A stretch of 50,049 nt of DNA, taken from Candidatus Micrarchaeota archaeon (lineage in GTDB: Archaea; Micrarchaeota; Micrarchaeia; Anstonellales; Bilamarchaeaceae). The notes under the pieces are model-generated. The model searched no databases. It worked only from the letters and a program-made list of their open reading frames with translations, and was not told the DNA's origin. The position numbers and the translations under genes were made by a program. Of the stretch, positions 1 to 10,047 are shown piece by piece. The stretch is from NCBI GenBank assembly GCA_037447235.1, contig JBBIHC010000005.1:10455-60503 (forward strand). Reading direction: 5' to 3'. Within the stretch, counting starts at the first letter, position 1. Every line of letters starts with the position of its first letter.

Positions 1-366
1 GAGAAGGACATACCTGTCGTTTGGGACAAGTATGTTGCCTATCCTGTTTATTCCCTTGCCGTGCAGCTCCCTGTCGTTGGCGGCAAAGTCGCCTATCAGG
101 TAGGGCTTTTCTGATTTTATTATGTCGTGGTCGATGCTGCCGCCTGCGGTTATTATGACATCGACAAACTTCTTCCTGCACAGGTCGGCTATTATTCCGC
201 GGAGGCCGCTTGCCACCATGTTCGCCGTGAAAGTAAGGTAAATTACCGCGCCCTCGTTTTTCATTCTTTCAATCAGTTCCACCGCATACCCCAGTTCTGT
301 TGCCTGGAAACCGATGTTCTTGATGCTGGAAAAAGGCGCTTCCGGCCTTATGTCCGTCACATTCAT
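1..366 (-). CDS. dys: Deoxyhypusine synthase (5' part; runs off window edge)
   Basis: Manual translation from ATG at 366: MNVTDIRPE..GFQATELGYA..YLTFTANMVASGLRGII..VDVIITAGGSIDHDIIK..ELHGKGINRIGNILVPND, which are DHS signature blocks. Not in ORF track. Confidence 0.93.
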   Translation of the reverse strand, partial: MNVTDIRPEAPFSSIKNIGFQATELGYAVELIERMKNEGAVIYLTFTANMVASGLRGIIADLCRKKFVDVIITAGGSIDHDIIKSEKPYLIGDFAANDRELHGKGINRIGNILVPNDRYVLL

Positions 367-425
367 GAAAATCTTTCTCGCGATTTATTAAAAAGCATAA
401 TGGTCATAAGAGTTTTAGTGGTCGT

Positions 426-1700
426 ATGAAGATCGTGAGCATTTGGGCGCGGGAAATCCTTGATTCCCGCGGCAATCCTACGGTTGAAGTTGATGTCATA
501 GCGCAAAATGGGGCTGGCAGCGCCGCGGCTCCGAGCGGCGCGTCAACAGGCAGGCACGAGGCAGTCGAGCTGCGGGACGGCGGGAAGCGATACCGCGGCA
601 AGGGCGTGACGAAGGCAGTCGAAAATGTAAACATGGCCATCGCGCCTGCGCTCGAGGGGATGGATGTAACAGGCCAGGCGGCAATAGACACCAAGATGAA
701 GGAGCTTGACGGCACGAAGGACAAGAGCAGGCTTGGCGCAAACGCGATCGTCGCAACATCAATGGCAGTGCTGCGCGCCGCAGCCGCGTGCTACCAGCAG
801 CCGTTGTACAAGTACCTGAAGGGCGAAAGGCTTCCAGAAGCAATGTTCAATGTGATAAACGGCGGGAAGCATGCCGGCAACAGGCTTGCCATCCAGGAGT
901 TTTTGATAATTCCGAAAGCGAAGAAATTCGCGGAGAGGCTGCAAATCGCGAGCGAGGTTTACCACGCCCTCGGCGAGCACCTCCAAAAGAAATACGGCGC
1001 TTCTGCGAGGAATGTTGGGGATGAAGGCGGGTACGCCCCTCCGATGAGCAAGACGGACGAGGCATTGGATGCGCTTTCAACAGCCATCTCGCAGGCCGGC
1101 TATGATGACAAATGCGCGCTGGCCGTAGATGCCGCCGCCTCCTCTTTTTATGACACTGCCAGAGAGAAGTACATCATTGACGGCGTTGAGATGAGCGAGG
1201 GCGAGATGATTGACTTTTACAAGGAGCTCGCTGAAATATATAAGATTGAATCCATCGAGGACCCTTTTCATGAGGAGGCTTTCGGGGCTTTTTCAGCGCT
1301 TACCAAGGCGGTGCGCAACAAGACGCAGATTGTCGGCGATGACCTTCTTGTCACAAACATTTCGCGCATAAAAGAGGCGATAGAAGAAAAATCGGTTACT
1401 GCCCTTCTCCTCAAGGTAAACCAGATAGGCACGGTGACGGAAGCCCTGGATGCTGTTTCCCTCTGCCGCGAGAGCGGCCTGAAAATCGTTGTGAGCCACC
1501 GGTCCGGAGAAACAGAAGACAGCTTTATCGCCGATTTCGCGGTCGGCATAAATGCAGAGCAGATAAAGGCAGGCGCCCCGGCGCGCGGCGAAAGAACTGC
1601 AAAATACAACCAGCTTCTCAGGATAGAGGAACAGATTTTCTTCGAAGTTGAAGCCGGGGAAGCCAGGCTTCCGGAAGCGGAAAAGGGGATAACACAATAG
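426..1700 (+). CDS. eno: Enolase
   Basis: AREILDSRGNPTVEV, PSGASTG, GDEGG, LKVNQIGT, SHRSGETED, RGERTAKYNQLLRIEE. Confidence 0.99.
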   Translation: MKIVSIWAREILDSRGNPTVEVDVIAQNGAGSAAAPSGASTGRHEAVELRDGGKRYRGKGVTKAVENVNMAIAPALEGMDVTGQAAIDTKMKELDGTKDKSRLGANAIVATSMAVLRAAAACYQQPLYKYLKGERLPEAMFNVINGGKHAGNRLAIQEFLIIPKAKKFAERLQIASEVYHALGEHLQKKYGASARNVGDEGGYAPPMSKTDEALDALSTAISQAGYDDKCALAVDAAASSFYDTAREKYIIDGVEMSEGEMIDFYKELAEIYKIESIEDPFHEEAFGAFSALTKAVRNKTQIVGDDLLVTNISRIKEAIEEKSVTALLLKVNQIGTVTEALDAVSLCRESGLKIVVSHRSGETEDSFIADFAVGINAEQIKAGAPARGERTAKYNQLLRIEEQIFFEVEAGEARLPEAEKGITQ

Positions 1701-1782
1701 CTTTTAAATAAATTGCCTGATATTAATCGTTAAAGACCCGATGATGCTTTGGCGTCAAGTATTGCTGTGAGGATATGGTTTT

Positions 1783-3528
1783 ATGGCTGCCAGAAAGCCC
1801 AACCCGACAGATGCAAAAACATACTACCAGCTCGGTAACGAATATTATGAGAAAGGCGATTACGAAAAGGCCATAGAAAACTACAATATGGCAGTGCTTT
1901 TGAACCCGGTATTCTCAGAAGCGTATTTCAATCGCGCTCTAAGCTACTACCAGCTTAAGAATTTCGAGAAATCCGTGGCTGATTATACAAAGGCTGCGGA
2001 GCTTGACCCGCACAACCCGTTCATATACAATAACCGCGGCGACGCGCACTACCGGATGCAGGATTACAATGCGGCAATCAAGGATTATGACAAGGCCGTC
2101 CAGCTGAACACCAATTACCTGAAAGCATACTACAATCGCGGCCTCTCATATGCGTCGCTTGAAGATTACGACAAGGCGATTGAGGATTTCAACAAAGTCG
2201 TGGAACTGAAGCCTGATTTCGCCGAGGCATACCACCTGCGCGGCCTTGCGAAGGAGTACAACGGCGACCTTGAAGGCGCCCAGGCGGATTATGAGCAGGC
2301 GCTGAAGCTCAATCCGGAACTCGCTGAAGCAAAGCAGCATCTTGACTCGGTAAAGGAGAAAAAGGAGCAGCAGGGGAAGGGCGGGGAGGAAGGAAAGGCA
2401 GGCGCGGACATAAAAATGCTCCAGAAGCCCAACATGACTTTTGTCGATGTTGCGGGAATGGAAAAGATGAAAGAGGAAATACGCAAGTCCATAGTTTACC
2501 CGATGATAAACCCGGACCTTGCGCGCAAGTACGGAAAGCTTGGCGGGGGCGGCATTTTGATGTACGGGCCGCCGGGCTGCGGAAAAACATACATCGTGAA
2601 GGCGGCCGCCGGCGAATGCAAGGCGGGCTTTATAAACGCAAAATTGAGCGACCTGCTGGACATGTACGTGGGCAATACAGAAAAAAATATCCACAAGGTT
2701 TTTGAGCTTGCGAGGAAGAACAGTCCCTGCATGCTGTTCTTTGACGAAGTCGACGCTATAGGCGGCAGAAGGGACCTTGGCGAAGGCCAACAATACATGA
2801 GAATGGCGGTCAACCAGATGCTTTATGAGATGGATGGCGTTGAGGCGCACAACGAGAACGTGCTGACAATCGCCGCCACAAACGCGCCGTGGGACGTTGA
2901 CCCTGCCCTGAGAAGAAGCGGCCGTTTCAGCAAGACGATTTATATTCCCGAGCCGGATTTCAAGTCAAGAACGGAAATCCTGAAGCTGCACGCCAAAAAA
3001 AGGCCGCTGTCATTTTTCATACCTTATCGCCTGCTTGCCTTGGCTACCTGGGCCTATGCGTCTTCCGACCTTAAATCCATCGTGGATGAGGCGTCAACCT
3101 ACCCGTGGCTTGAGGCTTTCTTCAGCATACAAAAGAAAACCGCGGAATATGTGAAAAAAGGCATGGATAAGGCAAAGGCAGAAGAGCTAGCAAAAAAACA
3201 GATCGTGCAGAGGCCCATTAACATTGCTGATTTTACGAAAGCTTTGATCAAAAAGCGCTCGTCCCTGCCTCCGTGGTATGAGCAGGCAAAGAAGCAGATA
3301 GGGAAACAGGAAGAGATTACGATAGTTGACGGAAAAGAGCACAAAAAGATAACGGAAAGCAAGATGGGGCCGGGTGAAAAGGAGGCGTTTAAGGACCTGC
3401 TTGATACCATAAACAACAGGAACCAGTGGTATATGAAAATTTCCTTCAGGCTGATGAAAGAGATAAGCCTCCTGCTTTTGCGCATTTTGTCGTTGATATT
3501 TGCAGGGCAACTCGTTTTAGGTGCATAA
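1783..3528 (+). CDS. TPR-repeat + single AAA+ ATPase (Cdc48/Vps4-type classical AAA clade) with hydrophobic C-terminus
   Basis: About 5 TPRs (AY.NRG..Y...DY..AI.DY.KA..L.P); Walker A GPPGCGKT, pore loop MYVG, Walker B FFDEVD, SRH TNAPWDVDPALRRSGRF. Confidence 0.9.
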   Translation: MAARKPNPTDAKTYYQLGNEYYEKGDYEKAIENYNMAVLLNPVFSEAYFNRALSYYQLKNFEKSVADYTKAAELDPHNPFIYNNRGDAHYRMQDYNAAIKDYDKAVQLNTNYLKAYYNRGLSYASLEDYDKAIEDFNKVVELKPDFAEAYHLRGLAKEYNGDLEGAQADYEQALKLNPELAEAKQHLDSVKEKKEQQGKGGEEGKAGADIKMLQKPNMTFVDVAGMEKMKEEIRKSIVYPMINPDLARKYGKLGGGGILMYGPPGCGKTYIVKAAAGECKAGFINAKLSDLLDMYVGNTEKNIHKVFELARKNSPCMLFFDEVDAIGGRRDLGEGQQYMRMAVNQMLYEMDGVEAHNENVLTIAATNAPWDVDPALRRSGRFSKTIYIPEPDFKSRTEILKLHAKKRPLSFFIPYRLLALATWAYASSDLKSIVDEASTYPWLEAFFSIQKKTAEYVKKGMDKAKAEELAKKQIVQRPINIADFTKALIKKRSSLPPWYEQAKKQIGKQEEITIVDGKEHKKITESKMGPGEKEAFKDLLDTINNRNQWYMKISFRLMKEISLLLLRILSLIFAGQLVLGA

Positions 3529-4708
3529 CTTGCTGTGCATAAAAAACGGCCTTGTTTTTTTTGACAATGGGTTTGCAAATTTGGATATACTGATTGAGGA
3601 TGGCACTATAACGAAAATTGGTAGGAATATAAAATCTGATAGTTATTATGACGCAACCGGTTGTGTTGTTGTCCCCGGCCTTATAGACCCGCACGCCCAC
3701 CTCCGCGAGCCAGGCGCAGAGTACAAGGAGGACTTCCGCACCGGCACTATGGCTGCCGTTGCAGGCGGTTTCACTACCGTGATTGACATGCCAAACAACC
3801 CGATGCCGACCGTGACCCGGCAGCGTTTTGAAGAAAAGCGCGCGCTTGCGGCGAAAAAGGCGCTTTGCAACGTTTTTTTTCATTTTGGCGCGACCGATGA
3901 CAACCAGGGCGAGGCAAAAAAGGCAGGGGCATTTTCAATGAAAGTCTACTTGGGAAAAACTACGGGAGACCTTCATCTCCGGAAGCCAGACTCGCTTGAA
4001 AGGCATTTCCGGGCATTTGACGGCGTTTTTGTCTTTCACGCGTCTGTCTCTGAGGGAAACGAGGCGGAGCAGATAGAAAAAACGGCGCAAAACATTTTTT
4101 TGGCAGGCGAGCTTGGCAAAAAGTACCGCAGGCGAGTCCATATCGCGCACCTCTCAGCAGCAAAAGAGCTTGATGCCGCACTGCGGTTTGACATTTCAAC
4201 GGAAACCGCGCCGCATTACCTTTTTTTGTCGTCAAAAGATGCCGAAAAGCTCGGAAAATTTGGCACGGTTTATCCGAATTTAAGAAGCGAGCCGGTCAGG
4301 AGGGCGTTGCTGGAAAACCTGCAAAAAATAAACTGCATAGCAACCGACCACGCGCCGCACACGCCGGAAGACAAGGAGCAGGGAGCGCACGGCTTTCCTG
4401 GTTTAGAAACCTCGCTTGGCCTGATGCTCAAACTTTATTGGGAGCGAATCGTTCCGCTGGAATGGATAATGCGGGCGATGTCAATAAATGCCGCTTCTCT
4501 TTTCGGGCTTGATGCCGGGGAGCTGAAAAAGGGCGCAAGGGCGGACATAACAATAATAGACCTCAAGAAAGAATGGAAGGTAAAGGGAAGCGAGCTCTAC
4601 ACGAAATGCGGATGGAGCCCGTTTGAAGGCAGGGAGCTGAAAGGAAAGGCAAAGGCGGTTTTCGTTAACGGAAACCTTGTTTACGACGATTTTTCATTTG
4701 CCCAATAG
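3521..4708 (+). CDS. pyrC: Dihydroorotase (type I amidohydrolase)
   Basis: PGLIDPHAHLREPG, GGFTTVIDMPN, HIAHLS, ETAPHYL, ATDHAPH, SKCGWSPFEG-like TKCGWSPFEG. Confidence 0.92.
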   Translation: MHNLLCIKNGLVFFDNGFANLDILIEDGTITKIGRNIKSDSYYDATGCVVVPGLIDPHAHLREPGAEYKEDFRTGTMAAVAGGFTTVIDMPNNPMPTVTRQRFEEKRALAAKKALCNVFFHFGATDDNQGEAKKAGAFSMKVYLGKTTGDLHLRKPDSLERHFRAFDGVFVFHASVSEGNEAEQIEKTAQNIFLAGELGKKYRRRVHIAHLSAAKELDAALRFDISTETAPHYLFLSSKDAEKLGKFGTVYPNLRSEPVRRALLENLQKINCIATDHAPHTPEDKEQGAHGFPGLETSLGLMLKLYWERIVPLEWIMRAMSINAASLFGLDAGELKKGARADITIIDLKKEWKVKGSELYTKCGWSPFEGRELKGKAKAVFVNGNLVYDDFSFAQ

Positions 4709-5908
4709 CACGCTCAGGACCTTGAGCAGCCCCGGCCTTCCTGCGACCACTTTTGCCACCGGGCCGGCGAACTTTCCTTCCATCACATCGTTCAGGTCTT
4801 TTTGCGTTATCGCGTTGAATATGTAATCAAGGTCGTCGTCGCCGAGTTTCTCCAGCACTTTTCTCAGCATCAGCCGCTTTTCCATTTTTTTGCCAAGCGT
4901 CGGCTTCCATCTGTCCTCGTATTCAGAAAGCGCCTTTTTGCTGAAGTCCTTTTTCTTATGGGCTTTCAGCGCGACATCCGCCGCTATTACCGCGGTTTCC
5001 ATTGCCAGCGCTATGCCGCCGCCGTGTATTGGGTCAACCTGCTTCGCCGCGGTGCCGACCACCATAAAATTGTCCTTCACAAATTCGTTCAGCGGAGCGC
5101 CTACGCTTATTACGCCGCCGAAATCCACCAGCGTGCTTGCATTCTTCAGGCGCTCGTGTTTTGATATGAACCCGTCCAGCAGGGTTTTCGGGTCTGCGCC
5201 CTTTATCCCATTTTTGTCTGCGTCCGCGAGGTTGCCTCCTATTCCTATTCCGACATTTGCCCTTCTGTCCGATTTCGGGAATATCCATACATATCCGCGC
5301 GGCGCAACCTCGTTCCCGAAATAAAGCTCTATCAGGTTTTCGTGCTCATACGGCTTCATCTCATACTGGTAGCAGGTGTCAACATCATAAAGGCGGTGGG
5401 TGGTGTCAAATCCAGCCGCCTTGGCGATTCTTGCTTCCATTCCTTCCGCGGAAACGATGAGCGGTGCGTAAATTTCCAGCTCTTTATCGCCCCATTGTAC
5501 CGCCCGGATACCGGCTATTCTGCCGTCTTTTTTTATCAGCCCGGTAGCCCTAGTGTATGTCCTTACTTCCACCCCCTTATCTATGGCAAGCTCGCAGAGC
5601 CATTTGTCAAAAATCTTTCTTTCAAGAACCCAGCCGGTTGTTGTCTTGTCCTTCCAGACGATTTCCTTGCCGTTTGGCGCCACGACTTTTGCGCCATGGA
5701 TTTCTGTTGCAATGCACCTTTTCGGAAGCTCCAGGCCCTGCGCTATCACTTCCCTCGCGCCCAGCCCTTCGCCGCACCTGACAGGCACGCCTATTTCCTT
5801 CCTCTTGTCTATCACAAGCACTTCCATGCCGCCGGCCGCAGCCAGCCGCGCAAAGGTTGAGCCGGCAGGGCCGCCGCCTATGACCACTGCATCGTAATTC
5901 GTTTTCAT
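4694..5908 (-). CDS. Geranylgeranyl reductase family (digeranylgeranylglycerophospholipid reductase-like) flavoprotein
   Basis: GGGPAGS, IGVPVRCGEG, APRGYVWIFPK, ANVGIG, VDPIHGGGI. Confidence 0.9.
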   Translation of the reverse strand: MKTNYDAVVIGGGPAGSTFARLAAAGGMEVLVIDKRKEIGVPVRCGEGLGAREVIAQGLELPKRCIATEIHGAKVVAPNGKEIVWKDKTTTGWVLERKIFDKWLCELAIDKGVEVRTYTRATGLIKKDGRIAGIRAVQWGDKELEIYAPLIVSAEGMEARIAKAAGFDTTHRLYDVDTCYQYEMKPYEHENLIELYFGNEVAPRGYVWIFPKSDRRANVGIGIGGNLADADKNGIKGADPKTLLDGFISKHERLKNASTLVDFGGVISVGAPLNEFVKDNFMVVGTAAKQVDPIHGGGIALAMETAVIAADVALKAHKKKDFSKKALSEYEDRWKPTLGKKMEKRLMLRKVLEKLGDDDLDYIFNAITQKDLNDVMEGKFAGPVAKVVAGRPGLLKVLSVLLGK

Positions 5909-6090
5909 TTGACCGCCCCCTTTTCAAGCGTTATGACATTCGCAGGGCAGACCCTGGCGCAGGCACCGCACTTGACGCACTTTTCAGGATAGTACTCTAT
6001 CCTGTTTCCGACAAGCTCAAGCGCGCCGGTCGGGCAAACAGATGCGCATCCGGCGCACAGTATGCATCCTTCGTGTCTTATTCTTATCAT
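5905..6090 (-). CDS. 2x[4Fe-4S] ferredoxin
   Basis: CILCAGCASVCP and CVKCGACARVCP; ATG at 6090 follows a GGTGG SD-like motif. Confidence 0.93.
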   Translation of the reverse strand: MIRIRHEGCILCAGCASVCPTGALELVGNRIEYYPEKCVKCGACARVCPANVITLEKGAVK

Positions 6091-6100
6091 TCTTTCCACC

Positions 6101-6601
6101 TTATTTTTCTAAAAGTTTGGTTATCTTCCCGAATATCTCCTCTGTCATCTCCGGATAAGCCGCGGTCATTATGTTGCCGTCTACGACAATCTCGCCATCA
6201 ACATACCTCGCTCCGGAATCCACGAGAAACTTTATCGACTTGTCGTTTTTTGCAACAGTTGCATTTTTGCCGTTGAGGATGCCGGCAAAAGCCAACGCAA
6301 CCGGGCCGCTGCCTGTCCCGGCAACTCCCCTTTTTGTTGCGCATTTTCTTATCGCGGCAATAAGCCCTGGCGTTATTACACTCTTCATGTCCTCGCCCCC
6401 GACTATGACGAAGTCAAAGTAATCCGGGTTTATTTCATACAGTGCAAGGTCCGGCATCGCAGTTTCCCCGTCTTTGCTCCTTATGGGAATCCTCTGCTTT
6501 GCGGCTATCCTTACATTATGGCCCTTCCTCTCAAGAAGCGTTTTGAGCTTTAGTTCAGCGCTCAAAAAGCCATCAGCGAGCACCATCAAAATCCTCGCCA
6601 T
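6101..6601 (-). CDS. DJ-1/PfpI family protein (catalytic Cys absent)
   Basis: ILMVLADGF..E, YFDFVIVGG, GPVALAFAGILNGKNAT, IVVDGNIMTAAYP. Confidence 0.85.
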   Translation of the reverse strand: MARILMVLADGFLSAELKLKTLLERKGHNVRIAAKQRIPIRSKDGETAMPDLALYEINPDYFDFVIVGGEDMKSVITPGLIAAIRKCATKRGVAGTGSGPVALAFAGILNGKNATVAKNDKSIKFLVDSGARYVDGEIVVDGNIMTAAYPEMTEEIFGKITKLLEK

Positions 6602-7932
6602 TCACAACCACCAATGATTTTTCGATGCCTGGTTATTAATTCTTTCGCTTCCTCCATTGTTTTCGCTTCGGCGAACAGCCTTACATAGTTTTCAGTGCCG
6701 GAAGGCCGCACTATCACCCACCCGTTTTTGTAGTTTATCCTGATTCCGTCCTTGTCGATATAATCAAGCCCGTTTTCAGTGGCATACCTGCGCATTTTTT
6801 CCACAAGCGCTTTTTTTCTGTCTTCATCAGCCGGGATTTTTTCCTTTATGTTCCTGTAATCCGGCAATTCCGCAATCCACCGCGAAAGCGGCTTTTCGCA
6901 TATCGCCTCAACTATTTTTGCCGCCGTGTATATCCCTTCCTTTGCGAGCGATATCTCAGGCCATATCACGCCGCCAACCTCCTCTCCGGCTATGACGCCA
7001 CCCTTGACGAGCTCCTCGCACAGGTAGGGCGCCCCTATTTTCGTGTATGCAACTTCGCAGCCGTATTTTTTGGCTATGTCTTCCACAGCAAGGCTTGTGG
7101 CAACGGTCGTTATCACCCTGCCCTTTTTCTCGCGCAGCCTGAGCAGCACCGACAATGCGAAAACCTTGTCGCCTATGACATATTTGCCTCGCTCGTCAAC
7201 AAAAGCCACCCGGTCCGCATCCCCGTCCCACGCTATTCCCGCATCTGCGCGCAGCTCTTTTACTATTTTCATAAGGTCCCCGACATTCTCTTCAGTCGGC
7301 TCAGACGGCCTGCCTGGGAAGTTTCCGTCAACATGCGAATTTATCGGCACCACCTCGCAGCCCATCCTGCTGAAAAGCTGCGGGGCGATGACAGACGCCA
7401 TTCCGTTTCCGCAGTCAAGCACCAGCCGCGGTTTTTTTTCTCTCACTTTTTTCACATCAATCATGCTTATTATCGCGCCAATGTGTTCCTCGATTGCATT
7501 TTCGTATTGTTCTACAACCCCTCTCTTATCTTCCTTCATTTTGCCTTCGGCTATTTTTTCTATCTCTTCGGCGCGCTCCCTTGACACCGCCAGGCCATCC
7601 TTGTCAACAACCTTCATCCCATTGTATTCAGGCGGGTTGTGCGATGCGGTTATTATTATCAGCCCGTTTGCGCCAAGCTTTTTTACCATAAATTCAGCGG
7701 TGGGCGAGGAAACCATCCCAAGGTCGGTTACCCTGCATCCGGCAGCAACCAGCCCTTCCACAACGGCATCCCGGTAAATCCCTCCGGTAAGCCTGCCGTC
7801 CCGGGCAACAAGAACCCTGCCGCAATTCAGGTATTTGCCTGTCGCCCACGCAAGCTTCCTTGCCAGCGGCGGCGGGAATTCCTCAATCGTGCCGCGCGCG
7901 CCGTTCGTGCCAAAGTATTTCGCCATGGTCAT
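6586..7932 (-). CDS. glmM: Phosphoglucosamine mutase / phosphohexomutase
   Basis: FGTNGARG, TASHNP, DGDADR, GEEVGG, RPSGTE; start at 7932 or 7926. Confidence 0.88.
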   Translation of the reverse strand: MTMAKYFGTNGARGTIEEFPPPLARKLAWATGKYLNCGRVLVARDGRLTGGIYRDAVVEGLVAAGCRVTDLGMVSSPTAEFMVKKLGANGLIIITASHNPPEYNGMKVVDKDGLAVSRERAEEIEKIAEGKMKEDKRGVVEQYENAIEEHIGAIISMIDVKKVREKKPRLVLDCGNGMASVIAPQLFSRMGCEVVPINSHVDGNFPGRPSEPTEENVGDLMKIVKELRADAGIAWDGDADRVAFVDERGKYVIGDKVFALSVLLRLREKKGRVITTVATSLAVEDIAKKYGCEVAYTKIGAPYLCEELVKGGVIAGEEVGGVIWPEISLAKEGIYTAAKIVEAICEKPLSRWIAELPDYRNIKEKIPADEDRKKALVEKMRRYATENGLDYIDKDGIRINYKNGWVIVRPSGTENYVRLFAEAKTMEEAKELITRHRKIIGGCEWRGF

Positions 7933-8771
7933 CTTTTCCTGAAGGCGAGGATCCTCAGCAGGAGGTAGCATATTCCCAGCACTATCGCCAGCGGTATGGC
8001 GAAGCCAAGCACGCCGGCTATGAGCGTGGCGCTGAAAACCACGCCGCCCAGAAATATGTTCAGCAGCTGGCCAAGAGGCGCAAGTAATGTCTGGTCAACA
8101 GCGGGCGCCGGCTCCACAAGCCGCACGCTCATCATTGCCTTCGCCGACTGCCTTTCGTAATAGAGTTTTTCCTGGGTCGCTATGTCTATCTCGTACTGCA
8201 GCCTGTTGAGTTCGTTTTCTATCTGCAGAATCTCGCTTATGTTGCCCGTCCTGTTGTACAGCGCCAGCACCCTTTCCCTGGTGGCTTTCAGGTTTTCCAG
8301 CCTTGCATCGATGTCCATGTATTGGGTGGTGACATCCTGGCTTTGGCTGATGATGTGCTTCACGGTGCCGATGTCCGCCAAAGCCAGCCCGAAATCGTCA
8401 AATTTTTTGGGGTTCAGCCGCACGGTGATTAAATAATATTTTTCTGCCGGGTTTTCAAAATAGGAAGAATCGGTTATTTCGCCTTCGTAAGAGCGAAGCT
8501 TTTCCTTGAAGAGGGCGTATCTTTCCTTCAGCGTGCCTGCTGGGACCTCCACCTCTGCGCTTCCGGTCTTTATTATCATCTTGTCATACTGCACATTTCG
8601 TTCTGCGGCGTAAAGCGGAGCTACTGAAACGCCGGGGTATGCGCCGCCGGAGTCAACCACCCCGCCCACCGCGCCCTCCTGCGCGGCCGGCCAAAAACCA
8701 TCCGTTGAGATACAGCCAAAAAGAGCCAGCGACGCAAAGATGAAACCCAATATCGCATAACGATTTTCCAT
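7929..8771 (-). CDS. DUF4349-type lipoprotein with C-terminal TM segment
   Basis: Lipobox-like LALFGC; IIKTG, SQDVTTQYMDIDARLENLKATRERVLALY..ISEILQIENELNRLQYEID; hydrophobic C-terminus. Confidence 0.85.
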   Translation of the reverse strand: MENRYAILGFIFASLALFGCISTDGFWPAAQEGAVGGVVDSGGAYPGVSVAPLYAAERNVQYDKMIIKTGSAEVEVPAGTLKERYALFKEKLRSYEGEITDSSYFENPAEKYYLITVRLNPKKFDDFGLALADIGTVKHIISQSQDVTTQYMDIDARLENLKATRERVLALYNRTGNISEILQIENELNRLQYEIDIATQEKLYYERQSAKAMMSVRLVEPAPAVDQTLLAPLGQLLNIFLGGVVFSATLIAGVLGFAIPLAIVLGICYLLLRILAFRKR

Positions 8772-8854
8772 AACAGCACCTTCAGTATTTTGTTGCCAGA
8801 TATATTTAAAAACTCTCATCCGGTTAAAAATAAAAATCATTTCCGGAGGTTAGG

Positions 8855-9979
8855 ATGTTTTTGCAGCAAAAAGACGAACGGCAGCAGTGGCTCCTGCTTT
8901 ATGTTCTCTGGCTTGTGCCGGTGGCGTTCAGCGGAATCTGGCTGATATATTTCAAGAACGCCGGAATTGCTGATTCCGACATCCTTCTGTCATTTCTGGC
9001 ATGGCCGCTCAGCGCCATCGCCACCATCCTGTTTTTTAATTTTGCGCCCGCCTTGGGCAGGAATCTTCTGCTGCTGGCAGGCATTTTTTCCGCCGCATTG
9101 TCTTTTTTTATCATACCCCTGTTCCCGCCATCGCCTCTTTTGCTTGCCGCAAGCTTTTTCTTTTACGGCTTCTCGGTTTTCCTGTTCTGGGTGCCGTTTA
9201 ACATAAAATATTTTGGATTCGCCGGTGATTCCGGCGCGGTCTCAAGCACGGTATATTTCTCAGTAGGCGGCCTTCTCAGCCTTCTGCTTGCAGTCATCGG
9301 CGGAGCCGTTTTTGAATTCCTGAATCCACAGGCCTTCTTTTTTTCAGCAGCTTTGCTGTATGTTTTTCCTGCCTTGATTCTCATGAAAATCAAGGATGAG
9401 AAGTACAGGCATAACATATCAGAGTGCGTCAGAGGGTCAAAAGGCTTTAGAACCCTGGGTTTCATAGAGGGCACCTCAACAGGCGTTCTTGCGGCAGGAA
9501 CCGTAATATCCCTGTTTTATTTTGCCGATAGGCCGTTTTTTTTCTCCCTGTTCCTGGCGTTTGTTACCTTCTTTTCTATAGTAGCATCCTTTGTTGTCAG
9601 CAGCATTTCGGACAAGATGAAAAAAAGGAAGATTTACTTGCTGTCATTTGGGGGTTTATCCGGCGTCTGGACAGCGGCGATGGGCCTGGCCTGGGATCTC
9701 GCAAGCTGGACCGGGCTGAGCGCACTGCGCAATTTTTTCTTTACCCTGTTTTCCCCTTTCACCACAGCGATTATCGTTGATAACAAAAGGGACCTCTCAA
9801 AACTTATGGTTGGCAGAGAGCTATTCCTGAATCTTGGAAGGGTTTTTGGCATAGGCGCGGCTGTCCTGTCGCAGGTTCTTTTCCTGGATGTCCGGCTGTC
9901 CCTGGTCTTTTTGGGCATCGTGGCGCTTCTTTATCCCTTGGTCCTTCACCTGAAAAAAACCAGCGTTTTTGTCCGGTAA
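8855..9979 (+). CDS. MFS-type multi-pass membrane transporter
   Basis: About 12 hydrophobic segments; SSISDKMKKRK loop motif; RELFLNLGRVFG. Confidence 0.75.
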   Translation: MFLQQKDERQQWLLLYVLWLVPVAFSGIWLIYFKNAGIADSDILLSFLAWPLSAIATILFFNFAPALGRNLLLLAGIFSAALSFFIIPLFPPSPLLLAASFFFYGFSVFLFWVPFNIKYFGFAGDSGAVSSTVYFSVGGLLSLLLAVIGGAVFEFLNPQAFFFSAALLYVFPALILMKIKDEKYRHNISECVRGSKGFRTLGFIEGTSTGVLAAGTVISLFYFADRPFFFSLFLAFVTFFSIVASFVVSSISDKMKKRKIYLLSFGGLSGVWTAAMGLAWDLASWTGLSALRNFFFTLFSPFTTAIIVDNKRDLSKLMVGRELFLNLGRVFGIGAAVLSQVLFLDVRLSLVFLGIVALLYPLVLHLKKTSVFVR

Positions 9980-10047
9980 TACTGCCGTCTTAGCAAGGCG
10001 CTGCGCTGAGCAACAGATTTTTAAAACGAATTGAACAGCAATAAGGC

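Noticed and set aside
127-429. 100-aa plus-strand ORF and the many other antisense/alternate-frame ORFs in the track
   Set aside because: Shadows of well-supported genes (here dys on the minus strand) with no motifs
1701-1782. C/D box sRNA (ATGATG at 1741)
   Set aside because: C box imperfect and no downstream CTGA D box before the next gene
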